From Gemmatimonadales bacterium (GTDB taxonomy: Bacteria > Gemmatimonadota > Gemmatimonadetes > Gemmatimonadales > GWC2-71-9), in contig JBFJHJ010000032.1 of assembly GCA_041613315.1 (NCBI GenBank), positions 1-34,022 of the forward strand: a DNA stretch of 34,022 bases, in the 5' to 3' direction. Under the pieces are notes generated by a model. That model ran no database searches. It saw only the letters and a program-made list of their open reading frames with translations, and had not been told where the DNA came from. This document shows, one piece after another, positions 27,635 to 34,022 of this stretch. The position numbers and the translations under genes were made by a program. Within the stretch, counting starts at the first letter, position 1; every line of letters starts with the position of its first letter.

Positions 27635-28491
27635 AGCGCACCGAACAGCTTGAAGAGGAGGGCGGCAGCCGGCAGGGCCCAGTAGAGTGAGTCGAGCCGG
27701 TCCAGCACCCCGCCATGGCCCGGGAAGAACGCGCCCGAGTCCTTGACACCCACCTCGCGCTTGAAGAGCGACTCGACGACATCGCCGGCCTGCCCCAGCG
27801 CGGAGATCACGGCGCCGAACAGGACCAGTTGCCAGACGGCCAGCGAGACCCCGAGCGGCGCCAGCACGAACGCACCGTAGAGGGGAGCTAACACGATCGC
27901 GGCGACGCCGCCGGACACGGCCCCGGCCCAGGTCTTGTTGGGGCTCACGACCGGTGCGAGCTTGGCGCCGCCAATGAGCGCGCCCCCCGCCATCGCGAGG
28001 GTGTCGCCCACCCACGTGAGGACGAGGGGGAGGAACACGAGCCAGGTGGCGGCCCACGCCGAGTGGCCGGCTTCGCCGTGGCGCAGCACGACGAGGAACG
28101 CCGGCAACCCGCCGGCGTACAGCGCCCCGAACACGGTGATGGCGACGGCGGCGAGCGGCCGGTCGCTCGGGGCCCGGCTTGCGAGCGCCACCGCCATGAC
28201 CAGCATGAGCCAGGCGGCCCCCAGCAACCCCAGCCAGCCGCCGGTCACCGCGCCGCCTGCGGACAGCGCCGCGAGCGCGGCCAGCGGCAGGCCGGCGGCG
28301 CCGATGTACCCCACGAGCTCGACGGGCCGCACGCCTCCCCGCCCCGCCAAACGGTACACCTCATGGGCGCCGAGCGCGCCGAACGCCGCCAGTCCAGCCG
28401 CCAGCACCCATCCCCCGACGTACACGACCCCCAGCACGGCGGGGATCGCGACGACGGCGACGGCGACCCTGCGAATCATGTTCGGAGACAT
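27631..28491 (-). CDS. cdsA: Phosphatidate cytidylyltransferase
   Basis: Multi-TM; SPNKTWAG, GDVVESLFKR..GVKDSG..FPGHGGVLDRLDS. Confidence 0.95.
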   Translation of the reverse strand: MSPNMIRRVAVAVVAIPAVLGVVYVGGWVLAAGLAAFGALGAHEVYRLAGRGGVRPVELVGYIGAAGLPLAALAALSAGGAVTGGWLGLLGAAWLMLVMAVALASRAPSDRPLAAVAITVFGALYAGGLPAFLVVLRHGEAGHSAWAATWLVFLPLVLTWVGDTLAMAGGALIGGAKLAPVVSPNKTWAGAVSGGVAAIVLAPLYGAFVLAPLGVSLAVWQLVLFGAVISALGQAGDVVESLFKREVGVKDSGAFFPGHGGVLDRLDSLYWALPAAALLFKLFGAL

Positions 28492-28532
28492 GGCGCGTTT
28501 GGCGTCGACGGTAGGCGGGACGAGCGGAGATG

Positions 28533-28553
28533 CGGGTCGGCATCGCCGACCCG
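28533..28553 (-). terminator. Perfect 9-bp hairpin after frr
   Basis: CGGGTCGGC-GAT-GCCGACCCG; no U-tract. Confidence 0.35.
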
Positions 28554-28563
28554 ACCGACCGTC

Positions 28564-29118
28564 TCACACCTCCATGATCTCTTCTTCTTTGGCTTTCACC
28601 AGAGCGTCCACCTGCTTGACGGCCTCGTCGTGCAGCTTCTGGATCTCCCCTTCGCTACGCCGCTTGTCGTCGTCCGAGACGTGCTCGACCTTCTTGATGG
28701 CGACGAGCGCCTCCTGGCGGCCGTGCCGAATGGAAATACGTCCCTCCTCGGCCAGCTTGTGGACCACTTTCACCAGCTCGCGGCGCCGCTCCTCGTTGAG
28801 CGGCGGGAGGGGAATCCGAACGATGGTCCCGTCGTTCGAGGGATTGAGCCCGAGGTCAGCGGTGAGGATCGCCTTCTCGACCGCGGCGATCAGGGACTTG
28901 TCCCAGGGTTGGACGGTGAGGAGGCGCGGCTCCGGCGCGCTCACCGACGCGACCTGGTTGAGCGGGAGCTGCTGATCGTAGGCGTCGACCCTCACCGTGT
29001 CGAGCAGACTCGTCGTCGCCTTGCCGCTCCGGATGGTCGCCAACTCGCGCTTCGTGTTTTCCAGCGCCTTGTGCATGTGCTGCTTCGCGTGCTTGGCAAT
29101 CTCGGGCAGTGTAGTCAT
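28564..29118 (-). CDS. frr: Ribosome recycling factor
   Basis: [43 protein letters not shown] overlap with pyrH. Confidence 0.97.
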   Translation of the reverse strand: MTTLPEIAKHAKQHMHKALENTKRELATIRSGKATTSLLDTVRVDAYDQQLPLNQVASVSAPEPRLLTVQPWDKSLIAAVEKAILTADLGLNPSNDGTIVRIPLPPLNEERRRELVKVVHKLAEEGRISIRHGRQEALVAIKKVEHVSDDDKRRSEGEIQKLHDEAVKQVDALVKAKEEEIMEV

Positions 29119-29828
29119 CGCACAATCGTCCCGACGCGGTCGCCTTTCAGCACCCGGGCCACGGCGCCGCGGTTGTTGACGTTCATGACGACGATGGGCA
29201 GCCGGTTTTCCTGGCACAGCCCGAAGGCGTTCGCGTCCATCACCTTGAGGCCTTGGACGAGCGCCTCCTGGTACGTCAGCTCCGCCAAGAACGTCGCCTT
29301 GGGGTCCTCCTTGGGATCGGCCGTGTAGACGCCGTCGACGCTCGTCGCCTTGATCAACACCTCGGCCTCGATCTCGAGCGCGCGAAGCACGGCCGCCGTA
29401 TCCGTGGAGAAATACGGGTTGCCGGTGCCGCCCGCAAACAACACGGTCCGGCCCTTCTCGAGGTGGCGCTGCGCGCGCCGCCGGATATACGGCTCGGCCA
29501 GCTCCTCCATGCGAATGGCCGTCATGACCCGTGTGTCCACGCCCTTGCGCTCCAGGATGTCCTGGAGCGCGAGGGCGTTGATCACGGTAGCGAGCATCCC
29601 CATGTAATCTGCGGAGACGCGGTCCATACCCTGCTGGCTGGCGACGGTCCCACGGAGGATGTTGCCGCCGCCGATGACGAGTCCGAGGGCGACACCCAGG
29701 TCCCGCACCTCGCGGATCTCGTCGGTCAGCCGATCGATGACGGCGAAATCCAGCCCAAAGCCCCGCTCACCGGCCAGCGCCTCGCCCGACAGCTTCAAGA
29801 GCGCGCGCTGGTAGGCGAGGTGCCCCAT
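29115..29828 (-). CDS. pyrH: Uridylate kinase
   Basis: [38 protein letters not shown]. Confidence 0.97.
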   Translation of the reverse strand: MGHLAYQRALLKLSGEALAGERGFGLDFAVIDRLTDEIREVRDLGVALGLVIGGGNILRGTVASQQGMDRVSADYMGMLATVINALALQDILERKGVDTRVMTAIRMEELAEPYIRRRAQRHLEKGRTVLFAGGTGNPYFSTDTAAVLRALEIEAEVLIKATSVDGVYTADPKEDPKATFLAELTYQEALVQGLKVMDANAFGLCQENRLPIVVMNVNNRGAVARVLKGDRVGTIVR

Positions 29829-30430
29829 CACTCCTCTCCCAGCTCGTAGCGCACGAACCGGCGGACCACCACGTTCTCGCCGACCTTGCCGGAGACCTCC
29901 TTGACAAGATCGGTGATCGTCTTCTTGTCGTCCTTGACGAAGGCCTGTTCCATGAGCACGTGCTCCTGAAAGAACTTCTTGAGCTTGCCCTCGACGATCT
30001 TGGGGCGGACCTGCTCCGGCTTGCCCGACTCCGCGGCCTGCGCCTCGAAGATGGCCCGCTCGCGGGCCACGGTCGGGGCCGGCACGTCGTCCGCCACGAC
30101 GGCCAGCGGCTTGGCGGACGCGATGTGTAGCGCCAGATCCCTGGCCAGCTCCTGGAACGCCTCGGTGCGGGCGACGAAATCGGTCTCGCAGTTCACCTCC
30201 ACCAACACCGCCACCTTGCCGTTGAAGTGCACATAGCTGCCGATCACGCCTTCCGACGCCGCGCGGCCCGACCGCTTCTCGGCCTTGGCGATCCCTTTCT
30301 TGCGCAAGAGGTCGACGGCTTTCTCGATATCGCCGCCGGTCTCCTCGAGCGCTTTCTTGCAGTCCATCATCCCCGCGCCCGTTCGGTTGCGGAGCTGGCT
30401 CACCTCTTTGGCGCTAATCGCTGTAGGCAT
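29828..30430 (-). CDS. tsf: Elongation factor Ts, short ~200 aa form
   Basis: [45 protein letters not shown] 30430. Confidence 0.96.
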   Translation of the reverse strand: MPTAISAKEVSQLRNRTGAGMMDCKKALEETGGDIEKAVDLLRKKGIAKAEKRSGRAASEGVIGSYVHFNGKVAVLVEVNCETDFVARTEAFQELARDLALHIASAKPLAVVADDVPAPTVARERAIFEAQAAESGKPEQVRPKIVEGKLKKFFQEHVLMEQAFVKDDKKTITDLVKEVSGKVGENVVVRRFVRYELGEE

Positions 30431-30459
30431 AGTTGTCCTGTTCTCAGTGCTGCCGATGT

Positions 30460-30503
30460 GAAAACCGCCGCCTCGCGGCCACGGGGGCCCGAAGAGCGGC
30501 GGT
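30460..30503 (-). terminator. Intrinsic terminator/attenuator between rpsB and tsf
   Basis: ACCGCCGC...GGCC-CCCGT-GGCC...GCGGCGGT followed by TTTC. Confidence 0.6.
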
Positions 30504-30530
30504 GGTGTTCGGATACGGCGCGCGGTGCCG

Positions 30531-31454
30531 CTACCCCTGGCCTCCGTTCGCCCCACCGCTGTCGGCGTCTCGCGGGCCCGTCGCCGCAGCCGCCTCGTCA
30601 GTCTGCGCCCCCTCGGCACCCTCGTGCTTGAGGCGGGCCGCGATCGCTTCCGGCTTCGGCCGGCGCTTACGCCGAGTCCGGCGGCGCCGGTTGTCTTCCT
30701 CGTCCGCCTCCGAGCCTTCGCTCGTGTAGGTCGAGTAGGCCTCCGACTCCGACGCCGCTTCGCGCATCGGGGCCTCCTTGCGCGCCTCAGCGATGACATC
30801 CACCAGCGCGCTCGTGATCAGCGAGACCGACCGGATGGCGTCGTCGTTGCCCGGGATCGGCACCGTGATGAGATCCGGGTCGGCGTTCGTATCGACGATC
30901 GCCACGACGGGGATCCCCAACTTGTTCGCCTCGTTGATCGCGATGCGTTCCTTGCGGGCGTCCACCACGAACAGGGCACCGGGGACGCGGCTCATGTTCT
31001 TGATGCCCTCGAGGTTGCGGTTCAGCTTCTGCCGCTCCCGGTCGAGATGGAGCTGCTCCTTCTTGGTGAAGAACTCGAACGAGCCCTCGTCCTGCCCTTG
31101 CTCGAGGTCTTTCAGTCGCCGCAACTGCTTCTTGATCGTCTGGAAGTTCGTCAGCGTCCCACCCAGCCACCGCTCCGTCACCCAATACGCGCCGCACCGC
31201 TCGCTCTCAGCCCGGACGATCTGGTTGAGTTGCCGCTTGGTGCACACGAATAGCGGGTTCTCGCCGCGAAGCACCACGTCACGCATCAACTCTTGCCCGG
31301 CCTTCAGCTGGCGCAGCGTCTTCTGCAGATCGATCAGATAGATGCCGGAACGCTCGGCGAAGATGAACCGGCGCATCTTCGGGTTCCAGCGGCGTGTCTG
31401 GTGCCCGAAATGCACACCGGCTTCGAGCAAGTCCTGCAACTGCGGTTGGGTCAT
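30531..31454 (-). CDS. rpsB: 30S ribosomal protein S2 with long charged C-terminal tail
   Basis: LLEAGVHFGHQTRRWNPKM, RWLGGTLTN, DTNADPD, PGNDDAIRS; ATG 31454. Confidence 0.98.
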   Translation of the reverse strand: MTQPQLQDLLEAGVHFGHQTRRWNPKMRRFIFAERSGIYLIDLQKTLRQLKAGQELMRDVVLRGENPLFVCTKRQLNQIVRAESERCGAYWVTERWLGGTLTNFQTIKKQLRRLKDLEQGQDEGSFEFFTKKEQLHLDRERQKLNRNLEGIKNMSRVPGALFVVDARKERIAINEANKLGIPVVAIVDTNADPDLITVPIPGNDDAIRSVSLITSALVDVIAEARKEAPMREAASESEAYSTYTSEGSEADEEDNRRRRTRRKRRPKPEAIAARLKHEGAEGAQTDEAAAATGPRDADSGGANGGQG

Positions 31455-31460
31455 CGAGCT

Positions 31461-31619
31461 CGTTGTCCGTTGTCCGTGGTCCCTGGTCGATCGGTCGTCA
31501 ATCGTGGTCTCGCGCCCGCCATTCGGCACCCCTGACCAGCCCAACTCCGCCCCGGACACGCCGTTGCCATGGCTCCACGGATGCCGGACGACGGGGAACG
31601 GATGACGGACAACGGCTTA
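31461..31619. repeat. Two inverted arrays of degenerate 7-bp tandem repeats flanking the putative rpsB leader core
   Basis: 31463-31511: TTGTCCG TTGTCCG TGGTCCC TGGTCGA TCGGTCG TCAATCG TGGTCTC. 31578-31619: CGGATGC CGGACGA CGGGGAA CGGATGA CGGACAA CGGCTTA. CGGACAA is the reverse complement of TTGTCCG. Confidence 0.75.
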
Positions 31620-32024
31620 TCGCTTCGAGAACTGGAAGCGCTTTCGGGCGCCGGGCTGCCCCGGCTTCTTCCGCTCCACCGCCCGCGGGTCCCGCGTGAG
31701 GAGTCCGTGCTCGCGGAGCTTCACCCGGTGCGTCTCGTCAGCCCCGACCAGCGCCCGAGCGATCGCCAAGCGGATGGCGCCGGCCTGGCCCGTCATACCG
31801 CCACCCCTCACGCGGGCCTTCACGTCAAAGGCGCCCAGGGTATCCGTGGCGGTGAACGACTGCTGGATATGCTGAATGAGCGAGCGCCGGGGGAAGTAAT
31901 CGCCCAACGTCCGCCCGTTCACGTCCCATTTGCCGGATCCCGGTGTCAGGTACACGCGGGCCACCGAGGTCTTGCGGCGTCCCACCGCGTGCCATCGCAA
32001 TACGGGTTCCGATACCGTCGTCAT
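31617..32024 (-). CDS. rpsI: 30S ribosomal protein S9
   Basis: GRRKTSVARV, GGGMTGQAGAIR, LTRDPRAVERKKPG...QFSKR. Confidence 0.98.
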   Translation of the reverse strand: MTTVSEPVLRWHAVGRRKTSVARVYLTPGSGKWDVNGRTLGDYFPRRSLIQHIQQSFTATDTLGAFDVKARVRGGGMTGQAGAIRLAIARALVGADETHRVKLREHGLLTRDPRAVERKKPGQPGARKRFQFSKR

Positions 32025-32033
32025 CGCGTGCCG

Positions 32034-32468
32034 TTACCTCACGTCCAGCGGCGTCGGCGCTTGCGCCTGATGCGGATGCGCCGGCCCCCGGTACACCTTG
32101 AGCTTCTTACGCAGCACCTGCCGGCCCAGCGTGCTCTTGGGCAGCATGCCGAACACCGCCTGCTCGATCACCCGCTCCGGATGCGTCGCCAAGAGCTTCG
32201 CGATCGGCGTGAACTTCTCGTGCCCCATGTACCCCGTGTGCCGGAAGTAGCGCTTCTGCTCGAGCTTCCGGCCCGTGAGCCGCACCTTCTCGGCGTTCAC
32301 CACGACCACAAAGTCGCCCCCGTCCGCGTGCGGCGCGAAGGTCGGCTTGTGCTTGCCGCGAATGAGCTGCGCCACGCGGGACGCCAGGCGCCCCAACACC
32401 GCCCCGTCGGCATCGACCACGTGCCAGGCGTGGGTGAGCTGCGCTCGCTTCGGCGAATAAGTCTTCAT
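32034..32468 (-). CDS. rplM: 50S ribosomal protein L13
   Basis: [39 protein letters not shown]. Confidence 0.98.
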   Translation of the reverse strand: MKTYSPKRAQLTHAWHVVDADGAVLGRLASRVAQLIRGKHKPTFAPHADGGDFVVVVNAEKVRLTGRKLEQKRYFRHTGYMGHEKFTPIAKLLATHPERVIEQAVFGMLPKSTLGRQVLRKKLKVYRGPAHPHQAQAPTPLDVR

Positions 32469-32526
32469 CTGCACGTTCGGAACACTCGGTAACTGCCCAT
32501 CTCATCGCAAATTACATGAACCTCCA

Positions 32527-32555
32527 ATGCTAGCGAGGCGAGTGACCCTGGTCAA
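32527..32555 (-). promoter_or_regulatory. Sigma70-type promoter for rplM-rpsI
   Basis: TTGACC-N17-TAGCAT; the -35 overlaps the upstream gene's TGA. Confidence 0.65.
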
Positions 32556-33055
32556 CCCTCTTCGACGACCTCTACGAGCACCGCACCCTTCTCCACCGCC
32601 TCCCCCGCGACCACCCGCACCGCGCGCACCACCCCGGCGCCCGGCGCGGTGATTTCGTTCTCCATCTTCATCGCTTCGAGCACTACGACACCCATCCCCG
32701 GTTCGACCCGCTGGCCTTCGGCCACTTCCACGCGCAGCACCAGCCCCGGCATGGGCGCCCGGATCGCCCCGCTCCACTGACTCCCGCTCCGCTGTCCGGT
32801 CAGCTCGCGCAGGTTCCACGTTCGCTCGTCCACGACCTCCGCGTCCCACAGCTCACCCCCGCGCCCCACTCGCCATCCACCGGCCGTCCGCTCGAGGGTC
32901 AGCGACGCCGTCCGCTCCCCCAGTCGCAGGTGCCGCAGGGGGGTCCCCCCGACCGCCGTCAAGGACGCCGCGAGGCGCCGACCATCCACCGTGACCTCGT
33001 CGCCCGTCACCTCCACCACGACCGTCCGGCCGGCCAGGGTCACATGGTACTTCAC
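32552..33055 (-). CDS. Biotin carboxyl carrier (biotinyl-domain) protein
   Basis: IRAPMPGLV, LEAMKMENEI biotinylation motif; GTG 33055 overlaps the upstream TGA; 167 aa. Confidence 0.92.
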   Translation of the reverse strand: MKYHVTLAGRTVVVEVTGDEVTVDGRRLAASLTAVGGTPLRHLRLGERTASLTLERTAGGWRVGRGGELWDAEVVDERTWNLRELTGQRSGSQWSGAIRAPMPGLVLRVEVAEGQRVEPGMGVVVLEAMKMENEITAPGAGVVRAVRVVAGEAVEKGAVLVEVVEEG

Positions 33056-34022
33056 CGAGCCTCCAAGACGGCCAGCGCTTCGACGTGCGCGGTCTGGGGG
33101 AAGAGGTCGTAGGCGACGACGCCGCTCAGCGCCAGGGCGGGCATCCGTGCGAGATCCCTGGCCAGCGTGGCCGGGTCGCAGGATATGTACGCTACGCGCC
33201 CACCCGTCCGGCGCCGCGCCCACTGCTCGATCTTCGCCGTCACGCGCGGCGCGAGTCCCGTCCGAGGCGGGTTGACCACGATAGCATCCGGCTCGGGCAG
33301 CCGCCGGAGCGACTCTTCGACACGCCCCAGCACGAAACGCAGCGACCCGGGCACCCCGGCCCGCGCCCCGGCCTCCCACCGCCGCTGGCCCCACGCCACG
33401 GCGCTCCGGTCCACATCCACCGACCAGGCCTGTGCTCCCTCCCGCGCCACCAAGCCCCCGGTGTCTCCGACCCCTCCGTAGAGGTCCCACACGACTCGGC
33501 CCGTGACCTCACCCAGGGCGCGTACCGCCTCGGCACGGATCCTCGCCGCCAGCTCCGGGTTGACCTGCTCGAAGGCCTGCGCGGGAACGGCCGGCGCGGG
33601 CCCCGCGACGACACGCGCGGCGCCCCGTTCGGGCGCCCACCAGTAACAGATGCGCGGGTCGCCCACTGCCATGAGCAGGGGGGCCGCGTCCCACGGGCGC
33701 GCGCTCCCGCTACCGGACGCCACTACGTGCAGGCCGCCGTCCCGGTCCTCGCGGAGCACCACGGCATCGAGCGGAGACGGCAGGAGCGCGCGGTGTCGCT
33801 TCACCTGCGTCCACAACGCCATGATGGGGTCACGGGTGATGGGGCACTCGACGAGGTCGAACACCGCATCGGGCCGGTCGTATGGGTGGAGCCCCACGGC
33901 CGACCCCCGGGCGGTCAGCGTGATCTTGGTGCGATACCGCCAACCCAGCGAGGACGGCACGATCTCCGGATCCGCGACGTCCTGACCGCCAATGCGCCGC
34001 AGGGCATCCCCCACGATCGCCC
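33052..34022 (-). CDS. RlmD/TrmA-family RNA m5U methyltransferase; 5' end outside the window
   Basis: WRYR, FEQVN, DLYGGVG, NPPRTG, YISCDPATLARD (catalytic Cys), DLFPQTAHVE. Confidence 0.9.
   Translation of the reverse strand, partial: AIVGDALRRIGGQDVADPEIVPSSLGWRYRTKITLTARGSAVGLHPYDRPDAVFDLVECPITRDPIMALWTQVKRHRALLPSPLDAVVLREDRDGGLHVVASGSGSARPWDAAPLLMAVGDPRICYWWAPERGAARVVAGPAPAVPAQAFEQVNPELAARIRAEAVRALGEVTGRVVWDLYGGVGDTGGLVAREGAQAWSVDVDRSAVAWGQRRWEAGARAGVPGSLRFVLGRVEESLRRLPEPDAIVVNPPRTGLAPRVTAKIEQWARRRTGGRVAYISCDPATLARDLARMPALALSGVVAYDLFPQTAHVEALAVLEAR

Noticed and set aside
27635..28057. Long N-terminal extensions in the ORF track for dxr, and likewise larB, tsf, frr, rpsB, mrdA and the biotin carrier
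   Set aside because: These come from choosing the first possible start codon. Homology-consistent starts coincide with stop/start overlaps or lie further downstream.
31461..31619. CRISPR array interpretation of the repeats
   Set aside because: The units are 7-bp tandem repeats with no unique spacers, and there are no cas genes.

Overview
A high-GC bacterial core-genome window with almost all genes on the minus strand. Gene order and protein features suggest Gemmatimonadota; this is an inference, not a database result. In minus-strand transcription order it holds: a partial RlmD/TrmA-family methyltransferase, a biotin-carrier protein, rplM-rpsI-rpsB-tsf-pyrH-frr-cdsA-dxr-rseP (uppS absent from its usual slot), rpsO-pnp-M16 peptidase-ald, mreBCD-mrdA-rodA-accD-folC-hisS-proS-lysA-guaA, dusB-larB-GGDEF, a one-piece tmRNA (tag ANQELALAA), and a partial class II CPD photolyase missed by the ORF track. 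A membrane-anchored Ser/Thr kinase and ptsN lie on the plus strand. No mobile element, CRISPR or defence system is visible, and I see no clearly new multi-gene system. The most interesting signals are small-scale: inverted heptamer arrays bracketing the rpsB leader, a likely CUG start for folC, a two-state hairpin in the rpsO leader, the missing uppS, apparent leaderless promoters for hisS and dusB, and the coupled dusB-larB-diguanylate cyclase operon.
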